Below, piece after piece: positions 5,254 to 13,222 of a stretch of 39,198 nt of DNA (position 1 is its first letter; the number at the start of each line of letters is the position of its first letter). The position numbers and the translations under genes were made by a program. The DNA comes from a virus. Where the stretch lies: positions 1 to 39,198 of the IMG/VR virus record IMGVR_UViG_3300045988_156947. One strand, written 5' to 3'. The notes beneath the pieces are model-generated. The model was not told the DNA's origin and ran no database searches. It saw nothing but the letters and a program-made list of their open reading frames with translations.

Positions 5254-6351
5254 ATGAAATGCCCGAATTGCAAGAGCGAGCTGCCCGACGAGCTGCATTT
5301 TATATACTGCGGCTACTGCGGCGCACGGCTCGTCCGCGAGAAACAAAAGAAGAACGATATAAGGATACCCTCGCCGAGAAAGCGCGGGCAAAGGTGGTAT
5401 ATAGATTTGCGGCGCGAGGGTGTGACGGTCATTGAGGACACCGAAGCCGAAGCAATAGCAAAAGCAAAAGCCATTCGCGCGGGCTTTATTAAAGCCGAGC
5501 AGAAGCACCCACCGCTGACGCTGCGGCAAGCGATAGATAAATATATAAGCGACCGCGACAACGCCCTCTCGCCCGCCACCATACGCGGCTACTACACTAT
5601 CCAGCGCAACGCCTTTGCCGATGTGATGGACCATGATATCCACGAGGTCGGCAACTGGCAGGCAGTCGTTAACCGTGAAGCAGGGCGCGTTTCGGCAAAA
5701 ACCTTGCAGAACGAATGGCGGCTTGTAAAAACGGTGTTGCAGAAAAACAAAATTGATTTCGATGTCACATCGCTGCCTCAGGTGATACGCAACGAATTAC
5801 CATGGCTTGATTATGGTCAGATAAAGATATTCCTCGAAGCCGTGCACGGCGCCCCTTGTGAGCTGGGGGCATTGTTCGCGCTTCACGGTCTGCGGCGTTC
5901 CGAACTCCTTGCATTAACACCGGATAAAATACAAGATGGGCGAATATTGGTTTATGGTAGTGCAGTTGTTGACAAAACCGGAAAGCTCGTTATCAAGTCC
6001 GAAAACAAGAACATTACTTCGCGGCGCGAAGTTGACATTATGATACCGCGGCTTGCCGAACTGCTTGCTGAGAGCACTACGCCACCGGGCACGCCGTATA
6101 TCCCGTTCAATCACAATACACTGCGCAAACAAATAAACCGCATTTGCGAACAAAACGGGCTGCCGCTGGTCGGCGTTCACGGTCTGCGGCGCAGCTTTGC
6201 GTCACTGGCATATCATCTCGGTTGGTCGGAACGCCAAACCATGAAAACAGGCGGCTGGGCAGATTTCAAAACCGTGCACAACATTTATGTGAAGCTTGCC
6301 GATGCCGATGAAAAAAGCGATATAAACCGCATGAAGGCGTTCTTCAATTGA
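5254..6351 (+). CDS. int: Tyrosine integrase with N-terminal zinc ribbon
   Basis: GGGAGATAAAA RBS. MKCPNCKSELPDELHFIYCGYCGARL zinc ribbon. Catalytic-type motifs LHGLRRSELLAL, VHGLRRSFASLAY, GGW...HNIYVK. Confidence 0.9.
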   Translation: MKCPNCKSELPDELHFIYCGYCGARLVREKQKKNDIRIPSPRKRGQRWYIDLRREGVTVIEDTEAEAIAKAKAIRAGFIKAEQKHPPLTLRQAIDKYISDRDNALSPATIRGYYTIQRNAFADVMDHDIHEVGNWQAVVNREAGRVSAKTLQNEWRLVKTVLQKNKIDFDVTSLPQVIRNELPWLDYGQIKIFLEAVHGAPCELGALFALHGLRRSELLALTPDKIQDGRILVYGSAVVDKTGKLVIKSENKNITSRREVDIMIPRLAELLAESTTPPGTPYIPFNHNTLRKQINRICEQNGLPLVGVHGLRRSFASLAYHLGWSERQTMKTGGWADFKTVHNIYVKLADADEKSDINRMKAFFN

Positions 6352-6354
6352 AAT

Positions 6355-6375
6355 TTTACGACATTATTTACGACA
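6355..6375 (+). repeat. Two TTTACGACA direct repeats (candidate integrase arm-type sites, left arm)
   Basis: TTTACGACA at 6355-6363 and 6367-6375. Confidence 0.5.
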
Positions 6376-6382
6376 CCCGCTC

Positions 6383-6408
6383 AAAAGCCTTGATTTATCA
6401 AGGCTTTT
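6383..6408 (+). terminator. Terminator hairpin after int
   Basis: AAAAGCCTTGA-TTTA-TCAAGGCTTTT: 7-bp GC-containing stem flanked by A and T runs. Confidence 0.65.
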
Positions 6409-6420
6409 AGCCGTTATTTT

Positions 6421-6448
6421 GCGGGTTCGATCCCCGTCTGTCGCTCCA
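6421..6448 (+). other. 3' fragment of a tRNA (T-arm, acceptor 3' strand, CCA): putative attP core
   Basis: GCGGG-TTCGATC-CCCGT-CTGTCGC-T-CCA. No complementary 5' acceptor strand (GCGACAG) lies upstream, so this is not a full tRNA. Confidence 0.6.
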
Positions 6449-6454
6449 TGCTTT

Positions 6455-6500
6455 AAAAAATCCCGTAGTCATTGAAACTACGGGATTTTCTTTGTTTTTC
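6455..6500 (-). terminator. Bidirectional terminator closing the minus-strand late operon
   Basis: AATCCCGTAGT (6459-6469) pairs with ACTACGGGATT (6477-6487). A-run on one side, TTTTCTTTGTTTTT on the other. Confidence 0.65.
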
Positions 6501-6585
6501 AAGGGTTTGCTGACTTTTTGATGTGCAGATTTTCCGCGCATCGTGCAGATAATATGTGCAAAATTAAGCCTTTTTAAGCGTCGAT

Positions 6586-6626
6586 TTTACGCAATTTTAC
6601 GACAGATTTACGACAACTTTACGACA
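6586..6626 (+). repeat. Four phased TTTACG(A)CA repeats (candidate arm-type sites, right arm)
   Basis: TTTACGCAA at 6586-6594. TTTACGACA at 6596-6604, 6607-6615 and 6618-6626. Spacing is 10-11 nt. Confidence 0.5.
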
Positions 6627-6846
6627 ACTCGCCGTAGAGAGCCGCGCGAGCCGCCCTCCATTCCTCGGTAAGGTCGGGTACAGGCTTGCCCTCCATCTCA
6701 AGAATGCTACGAAGATTTTTTGCGTGCTGCATTTCCTCTCCGGCAATATCCTTGAGCATAGAGCCGTATTCGCTGTGCCGTGCCATATCGCTATACTTTA
6801 CGACATCTTGCAGTTCGTCAGCGAGCGAAGCAGTTATATTATCCAT
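6619..6846 (-). CDS. Hypothetical 75-aa helical protein (contains EEMQHAKNL, an ExxH-type motif)
   Basis: AGGAGG RBS before ATG 6846. Last gene before the terminator and attP. Confidence 0.6.
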   Translation of the reverse strand: MDNITASLADELQDVVKYSDMARHSEYGSMLKDIAGEEMQHAKNLRSILEMEGKPVPDLTEEWRAARAALYGELS

Positions 6847-7210
6847 TTGCCGCCTCCTGTAAATACCTTGTCAGCGCGTCAATGTCAGCCACGCCGAAAC
6901 TGAGCGTTTTCTCCTCTTTGAGGATAAGCGGGATAGGCGATATTGTAATTGGGAATGTGCCGCACTCTGCGAGGGCAGAACGCATAGCGTCGAGAGCTGC
7001 GTCAAGTTCGTAACTTCCGTTTCTCTCGGGCAGCAGGGTTTTCACAACGCCGTTGGACAAAATGCCGTCAACTGCCGCGTCGGACTGCTGCATCAGTTTT
7101 GTTCCCGCCACGATGATTGCTTTCAGTGCCGTATCGTTTACTGCGGGAACGACCTCCCTTGTTACGAAGTTCGCCACCCCGCTCACTAACTGTTGCTTTG
7201 TGACTGTCAT
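6839..7210 (-). CDS. Hypothetical 123-aa protein
   Basis: GAGAGGTAG RBS region before ATG 7210. Overlaps the next gene by 8 nt (coupled). Confidence 0.6.
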   Translation of the reverse strand: MTVTKQQLVSGVANFVTREVVPAVNDTALKAIIVAGTKLMQQSDAAVDGILSNGVVKTLLPERNGSYELDAALDAMRSALAECGTFPITISPIPLILKEEKTLSFGVADIDALTRYLQEAANG

Positions 7211-7223
7211 GCCGCGCTACCTC

Positions 7224-7697
7224 TCATGCCGCGGCAGTCGCAGGAGCGACCGACACGGTAGCCTCACCCCAGCCAGGGCAAACATTGCCGTTGGGGATAA
7301 CTATCTTCGTGAGGGACATGAGCTGCGCGATGTTGTTCTGAGCAACCGCAAGAGCGGAGGTCGTTGCGCAGTTGGTAACTGCCTGAGCGCTGTTGATCGC
7401 CGCCTGCTCGGAAACAACGCTGTTGATTTTGTCGTTGAGTTTGTTGAAAACCTCGACCATTTTCTTCTCGGTGTTCAGCTCCGCGGAGAGAAGCGCGTTC
7501 GAGCTCTCGCTTGCCGAAAGCTTGAGGGCAAGGTCGAAGGTCTCGCGGGAAACAGGCTCCGCACAGTTTGTGCCCATTGCACCGCGATAGTTGCCGCCGA
7601 GTATCGGAAGGATGCCCGAAGCCGCGGCGCCGAGCGCAGTGCCGATGATGCCGGTCGTCAGTCCGGCAGTGCCTACAGATTTAGATGCATACTCCAT
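7224..7697 (-). CDS. Hypothetical 157-aa protein with Gly-rich hydrophobic N-terminus, coiled coil and Cys-containing C-terminus
   Basis: Second ATG (7697) follows AAAGGA. GLTTGIIGTALGAAASGILPILGG glycine-zipper-like segment. C-terminal NGNVCPGWG. Confidence 0.6.
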   Translation of the reverse strand: MEYASKSVGTAGLTTGIIGTALGAAASGILPILGGNYRGAMGTNCAEPVSRETFDLALKLSASESSNALLSAELNTEKKMVEVFNKLNDKINSVVSEQAAINSAQAVTNCATTSALAVAQNNIAQLMSLTKIVIPNGNVCPGWGEATVSVAPATAAA

Positions 7698-7800
7698 GAT
7701 AATAATTCCTTTCATGTGATTTAAGCGTGCGCACCGCTTGCTGTAGTCATTATTACATAATAACAGACCCGCAACGTGTCAGTTACGGGTCTGTTTTCTG

Positions 7801-8043
7801 TCACTGTGCCGCAAGCGCGGCTATTTTATTTTTGATACTGCGTATGCGTCGGTTGACGGTCTCCGCGCTGCAATGCTGTCTATCCGCTATTTCAATGATT
7901 GACAGCCCGTCGGCGCGAAGATTGAGCACCGTCTTTTCTTCGATCGTAAAACCACATTCAGCAATCAGCCTTTCGCGCAGCGCCGTCGGAAATTGGAGTT
8001 TGTCCTTCCTCCCTCGCTGCGCTATGTTCTCCAGAGTTTGCAT
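7801..8043 (-). CDS. Sigma-70 region-4 / LuxR-type HTH protein
   Basis: EEKTVLNLRADGLSIIEIADRQHCSAETVNRRIRSIKNKI. ATG 8043 is preceded by AGGCGGTG. The upstream ORF overlaps it in another frame. Confidence 0.6.
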   Translation of the reverse strand: MQTLENIAQRGRKDKLQFPTALRERLIAECGFTIEEKTVLNLRADGLSIIEIADRQHCSAETVNRRIRSIKNKIAALAAQ

Positions 8044-8143
8044 TTTCACCGCCTATCAAAGCCTCAAAAATCAAATCGGCGAGAAACGGGGATGCCTCGT
8101 CGATGCCGTTAATACGGCAAAACTCTTTAATGGTTGCAGTCAT
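7958..8143 (-). CDS. 61-aa ORF overlapping the HTH gene; possibly the frameshifted N-terminus of the same protein
   Basis: MTATIKEFCRINGIDEASPFLADLIFEALIGG, then a low-complexity tail. Overlaps 7801..8043 by 86 nt. Confidence 0.3.
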   Translation of the reverse strand: MTATIKEFCRINGIDEASPFLADLIFEALIGGENANSGEHSAAREEGQTPISDGAARKADC

Positions 8144-8171
8144 TAAAGCCTCCGTGGTCTACAAGGGATTT

Positions 8172-11100
8172 TTATTTTTTGTAAAGCGAGTAATAAAGCG
8201 CGTTCTTCTGCTCGGTCGTAAGGGACTTGAGAGAGTAGATGTACCGCTGTACTCTCTTTTTCTTCAAGCCCGAAACGGTCTTTCCGCTTGCGTCCTTGCC
8301 GCTTGCATTATTGTAGAACTCGTAGACATCGAGCGTGACGGTGTCGGGTACTTTCACGCGCTGCGCTCTTTCGAGCATATCGCCGAGCTGACAATTGCCG
8401 TTCTCCGTGGTCATGTATTCGCGCACCTTTTCGACAAGCTTCTTGCCCGAGTAGCCGCCGCCAATCAAACCGCGCACCTTTTCGGCGTTGCTGAAATTGC
8501 CGTTGCCGTCGGTGTCGGCAGATTGCAGATATTGCGAGTCAAGGAAATACTCAGCAGTCTTGCGGGGGTTGTTCTCAGCGAGTTTTATCCACGAACTAAC
8601 ATTCGCTTCTTCGCCCCTGCCGACGATGCCACGAGATTTAAGGAATTCCATCTTTGCCTCAGTGCGAGACGCCTTCGCAAGGTCAGCCAAAGCGTCAGCC
8701 TTTTGGTCGGCGCTCAAATTACTATATGCGGAGCTGTTCATGAATTGTGAATACAGTTCCTCGGTACGCTTGCCCGCCGTCCGCAAATACTGTTGCCGCT
8801 CCTCATAAGTCATGGCGTATGAGCTGCCGCCATAGTCGATTTTTGTCGGAGCGGTTTTGTCAGGGTACATATCAACTCGTGATGTCTCGTTTTTAATGCG
8901 TTCCATCTCCTTGCTGACATCGCGCTTGGTGTAGGTGTTTAACCCAGCGGGGTTTACCATGGCGTTTAATACGTTGGAGAGCGTAGAGCCTCCATACTTC
9001 TTCTCATCGCCGAATGGATCAAGTTTGACCGGCAACGTTTCTCTGAGCCCTGGCAGTGAATTCTTCGCGTTGTCCATGAGGTTTTCGCCGAGGCTGTCAC
9101 CTGAATACACATCTCTGTAATATGGGTCTATGCCTCTTGCGAGCTGCCGGAAAACATTCGGGATGACCGAGCTCGTTGCGGTCTTTACAAACATTTCGGC
9201 GAGAGCTTCGCCGAAGTCCTGCTTATACTTAATCGTGTTGACAGCAAGCGTCTGTATATTCTGAATAACGGGCAGCTCTGCGGCGCTTTCAAGCAGCGCA
9301 TTGAACGAGGCGGATGCCTTGTCGCCGAACGTTGTGTCTTCGTCCCACGTTGACACGATAGTGCCGAGCGCCATGATGGAGTTCACCGGCTCAAAGCGGG
9401 ATAGATCGAGCAGTTCGTCGCCGTTCCTCCACTCCGTACTCTCTCCGGCAAGAGCCCTCGACAGTGCAGATATATTTAGCTGTGTACCGGCGATGCCCTC
9501 GGCAGCGTTAAGTGCGGCAATATCGGGGTCGTTCTCGTCATCAGCCCTGCGCAGCAAGCCCGCTGCGGATATTGCGGCAAATAGGGCTATCCCCGCAGTG
9601 CCTGTCGCGCCGCGCCCCATGTGCTGTACTGCCTGGGCCTGTCTGCTGTGGTTTGGTTTCCCGCTCCTTTTCGCGTTATACACAACGCTGCACGCTTCGG
9701 CAAAGCCTCTCGCAAAGCCGATAGGAGTATAGTCTACTGCCGTTGATACGAGGTTTCCCGCAACTCTGGTAAACGGCGCAACCATGTCGCCAACGCCAAA
9801 GGAGCCGACCTTATAGTCTTTTTCCCTGCCCTTAATACGCTTGCCGCTGTCGCCCACGCCGATAACATTAAGCCCATCATGTACTCCGCCCAGCATTGTT
9901 GCGAGCCATGAGTCATTTTGAAATGTGCGATATTTAGCTATCTTATCGGCGTAATTTTCGGCATAATCCGCATCGGCGTCTACAACCTTGCCTTCGGCAA
10001 TAAGCCGCTCCATAGCCGCTTTGTGTCTCCCACTGGCAAAACCTTTTGCGATTTCGTCAGGCAATACCATGCCGTACTTCTGATTTCGCTCGAGGACGTG
10101 CAAAACGCGGTCAAATATATTGCCGTTAGCTTTAAATGTGTACCCTGTGTTTTGATATCGGCTATCTGCGCCCATGTCTACATCAAGAGCTATCTCCGCT
10201 ATCGTTCTGTTCAATGCCGTCCGCGCGGCTTTCCATCCCTCGGCATCAAATATGCCCTTGTCCGCGGCTACGCTTCGCGTGCCGGTCATGCTGCTCATAA
10301 TTTGGTCGGCGAGCGCCGAGCCGTTCATTGCAACAGTGTCAATAACAGAGAACACAGAGTTGCCGGAAACGTTCACGAGCTTCGTTTTCGGGTTAGACAG
10401 CATCGCAAGCATTTGGATGCACTTCATCTTTTTGCCCACATCGGCAGAATATACTTGATCGTTCCCGACCTGAGCAAGGGAGTTGTACGCGAGCGCCTGC
10501 AAATCCTCGCCGCTGAGAGCGTTGAGCGATTTTTCAACCATCGACCTCGTGATTTCTGCGCGCTTGCTCCGAATGGTCGCCCAGTTGAGCACCCCGCGCT
10601 GTTCCCCTATTTCCATTATGGTGCGCGTCAGGTCTAAACGCCCTTGTTCGGTGTTCGGGTTCGAGTTTTCAAGAAGTGCTTGCCATCTGACAACCTGTCG
10701 TACCGCGTCATAGCGCTCCTGTTCGCTAAGGTTTTCGTTTTCGATTATGGCGCTAAGAGCTGTATCGCCCGCCGCCGCTCCCGAGTCCTCGCTTTCACGC
10801 GTCCACTTCGCAAGCGATTGTATGACCTGTCCGGCATTGGTCATATGTGCAGCCTTCGTATGTGCGATAAGAGCCCTCGTCTCGGCAAGCTCGTTGTACT
10901 CGCTTATGCTCATATTCGGGTCGTTGAGCCCATCTTCAAGTTGCCGCGTTATCTCTCTCGTAGCAATTTCGGCAAGGTCGGTATCCTCCGCTGTCCACTC
11001 CTGTTTTTCAAGGAGCCATTCCGTAACGGCGCTTATTCCGTCCTCTTGCGTCAGTTGGTCGAACAAAGACTGTGCGCGGCTCTGCGTTGTACCTTCGTGC

Positions 11101-13205
11101 TTGACTTCGTACTGGAAATAAGGGTTATCTGCCTCCATTCCGTAGTCGGCGACACTCTCAGGGTCATATGAGCGCTCAATGGTATTTGAGCGATAGCGCG
11201 ACGTATTGAGCTCGCGGTTTTCCGTAAATCCGAGCTCTGCCGCGCCTGTGCCCTTGGGGAGATTGGATTGCTCTGCTTCAAGCGCCGTAGTCAAAGTTTG
11301 TTCGTTGCGGGGGTTGACATCAGCAGTCTCCTGTGATACAGTGTTACTAACAGCAACCCTCGCTGCGTGTCCGGGCGTGACGCTTGGGGCATTATTGCCA
11401 TAGGCGGACGAGGGGGCTGTTTTTTTTGCGCCATTTTTCGACATATAGGCAGAAACTATGTAGGTCGTTTTCTTTGCGGTATCCGGCACGGCTTCAATTA
11501 CATAGTATGTGCCGTTCACGGCTTTTTCAAATACTACGGTGCGAGCCCTTCCGTGCTTCCCGTTTGGCTTAACAGTCACATACGCCTTTGTCGTCCCGCC
11601 GTCCTTTGACGAGTCGTAATTGTCAATGACCCACTGTATGCGTCCAATATCATTTATATCGCGCATAGTTTGATCTGCGAGCCCGTTCTCCCCGTGGTCT
11701 TTGAGGATATGAGCCACCTGCCGAGCTTCAATGACGGTTTTATTGCCGGAAACATCCACGCCCGTGATACGCTTAATGTCCTTCGCCGCTCGGTCTGATA
11801 CTGGTTTCAGTTCATATCGGGCGTTTTGTTTTGTTATCCGTTTTGATGCTACGTCACTAACGAATTTCGTAAGCCCCTCGTCAACGGCTGACTGATATTC
11901 GTCTATCACCCTTTGCTCAACTGCGGTGTGTTCGCTCGGGTTAGTGTTGACGACAGTGCTCTCATCCTGCCCCGCTGTATCGCTGCGTGTGCCGCTCTCT
12001 GCGGCTACCATGTCCGCTATTACTCTTGAAGCGCTGCGCCGTCTTGGCTTGGTCTCTCGCTCTCGTTCTTCCTGCCGCTGCTGTGCGTTCTCTGCCTTGT
12101 ACTGTCCGCTTATAACATTTGTTCCAGCTCCGACAAGACCGAGCGCCGCGCCGATAATGTAGTCCTTTGCCATCTCCTCAGCGTCAAAGTCGTTGCCAAT
12201 GGTAGACCAGTCACCATTGCCGTCGTCGAGCTTGAGTATTCTGTCTGCTATCGGGTTGAGAATATCCGAAAGGACTTCCTCCAAGCCTTCCTCGTTCGCA
12301 CCCACGATAACCTTGAGCGCTGTTCTGCCGGCGTCCGTTTTCGCAAGCTTGTTTACTATTCCGTTTACAAGACTTTCATTGCGAATAATCCCCTTGCCAT
12401 AAGCAACGTGCGAAACCGCGCCGAAGAGTTTTTCGGTCATTATTTCTATCGCCGCGCTTTTAAGACCGGTGACGAGCTGAGTATCTAAGTCTTTTCCCGC
12501 AAGCCTCGCCTCATGCGACGCACCACCGGCTGCACGAGCGCCCATCATTGCAAGACCGCTGCCGGGAAGAACGGCGTTCATGACAGCATCGCCGGCAAAC
12601 TGCGTTGCGGCGATCCCGAAGTCTACCATGCCCTGACCGAATTTGCCGAGTCCCGCCTTTGCGCTCTGCTCATAATCATAGGCGGTCTGCTGCAATCTGT
12701 CTGCTCTGTCAAAGGCTTTCTGTCCCGCTCCGGCAAGCTTTACCGCGCGTTCGTCAAAGTCTTTTCGGCTGTCCTCGCTCTGCTTCTTAAGACCGCCCTC
12801 GCGTGTGTTGATGTCCTCGCCCTGCAACGAAGCCTCGCGCCCCGCTCTGAGCCTTGCACTGTCTGCCTCGTCTCTTGCTCTGGTCTGCGCGTCCTTCTCA
12901 TCGAGCAGACCAAACAGGTTTGATAACGACGCTCCCGCACCGTATATAGCCGCGTTAACGGTTTTGTCAAAGCGTGTGGGATTAGACGCGCCGTAGTCTC
13001 CCGCGCCCATTGCGTTTATCTGACCGGGCTTGCGCTCCTCCTCTTTCTTTTTGCCGTTCGTGAGCGAGCCGTAGTTGAATGTAACATCCGCGGCTTTGCT
13101 TTTGCCTGTGCCCTTGACAAGTACGGCGTGACCGTTGGCATCGACCGCGGGCTTAGTATCGCCTATCTCCTTGCGCACATCGGCTATAATTTTATCAACA
13201 TTCAT
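8172..13205 (-). CDS. Giant 1677-aa virion-associated (internal/ejected, polyvalent-type) protein
   Basis: Uninterrupted ORF with a GAGG RBS, coupled to the upstream gene. Gly-rich hydrophobic segments near the N-terminus. Embedded HILKDHG nuclease-like module. Long helical region. EF-hand-like loop DTDGNGNFSNAE. Confidence 0.85.
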   Translation of the reverse strand: MNVDKIIADVRKEIGDTKPAVDANGHAVLVKGTGKSKAADVTFNYGSLTNGKKKEEERKPGQINAMGAGDYGASNPTRFDKTVNAAIYGAGASLSNLFGLLDEKDAQTRARDEADSARLRAGREASLQGEDINTREGGLKKQSEDSRKDFDERAVKLAGAGQKAFDRADRLQQTAYDYEQSAKAGLGKFGQGMVDFGIAATQFAGDAVMNAVLPGSGLAMMGARAAGGASHEARLAGKDLDTQLVTGLKSAAIEIMTEKLFGAVSHVAYGKGIIRNESLVNGIVNKLAKTDAGRTALKVIVGANEEGLEEVLSDILNPIADRILKLDDGNGDWSTIGNDFDAEEMAKDYIIGAALGLVGAGTNVISGQYKAENAQQRQEERERETKPRRRSASRVIADMVAAESGTRSDTAGQDESTVVNTNPSEHTAVEQRVIDEYQSAVDEGLTKFVSDVASKRITKQNARYELKPVSDRAAKDIKRITGVDVSGNKTVIEARQVAHILKDHGENGLADQTMRDINDIGRIQWVIDNYDSSKDGGTTKAYVTVKPNGKHGRARTVVFEKAVNGTYYVIEAVPDTAKKTTYIVSAYMSKNGAKKTAPSSAYGNNAPSVTPGHAARVAVSNTVSQETADVNPRNEQTLTTALEAEQSNLPKGTGAAELGFTENRELNTSRYRSNTIERSYDPESVADYGMEADNPYFQYEVKHEGTTQSRAQSLFDQLTQEDGISAVTEWLLEKQEWTAEDTDLAEIATREITRQLEDGLNDPNMSISEYNELAETRALIAHTKAAHMTNAGQVIQSLAKWTRESEDSGAAAGDTALSAIIENENLSEQERYDAVRQVVRWQALLENSNPNTEQGRLDLTRTIMEIGEQRGVLNWATIRSKRAEITRSMVEKSLNALSGEDLQALAYNSLAQVGNDQVYSADVGKKMKCIQMLAMLSNPKTKLVNVSGNSVFSVIDTVAMNGSALADQIMSSMTGTRSVAADKGIFDAEGWKAARTALNRTIAEIALDVDMGADSRYQNTGYTFKANGNIFDRVLHVLERNQKYGMVLPDEIAKGFASGRHKAAMERLIAEGKVVDADADYAENYADKIAKYRTFQNDSWLATMLGGVHDGLNVIGVGDSGKRIKGREKDYKVGSFGVGDMVAPFTRVAGNLVSTAVDYTPIGFARGFAEACSVVYNAKRSGKPNHSRQAQAVQHMGRGATGTAGIALFAAISAAGLLRRADDENDPDIAALNAAEGIAGTQLNISALSRALAGESTEWRNGDELLDLSRFEPVNSIMALGTIVSTWDEDTTFGDKASASFNALLESAAELPVIQNIQTLAVNTIKYKQDFGEALAEMFVKTATSSVIPNVFRQLARGIDPYYRDVYSGDSLGENLMDNAKNSLPGLRETLPVKLDPFGDEKKYGGSTLSNVLNAMVNPAGLNTYTKRDVSKEMERIKNETSRVDMYPDKTAPTKIDYGGSSYAMTYEERQQYLRTAGKRTEELYSQFMNSSAYSNLSADQKADALADLAKASRTEAKMEFLKSRGIVGRGEEANVSSWIKLAENNPRKTAEYFLDSQYLQSADTDGNGNFSNAEKVRGLIGGGYSGKKLVEKVREYMTTENGNCQLGDMLERAQRVKVPDTVTLDVYEFYNNASGKDASGKTVSGLKKKRVQRYIYSLKSLTTEQKNALYYSLYKK

Positions 13206-13222
13206 GTTGCTACCTCACCGGC

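Noticed and set aside
6372-6448. A complete tRNA gene next to int.
   Set aside because: Only the T-arm, the acceptor 3' strand and CCA are present. The required 5' acceptor strand (GCGACAG) and the D and anticodon arms are absent. The upstream sequence is the int terminator hairpin.
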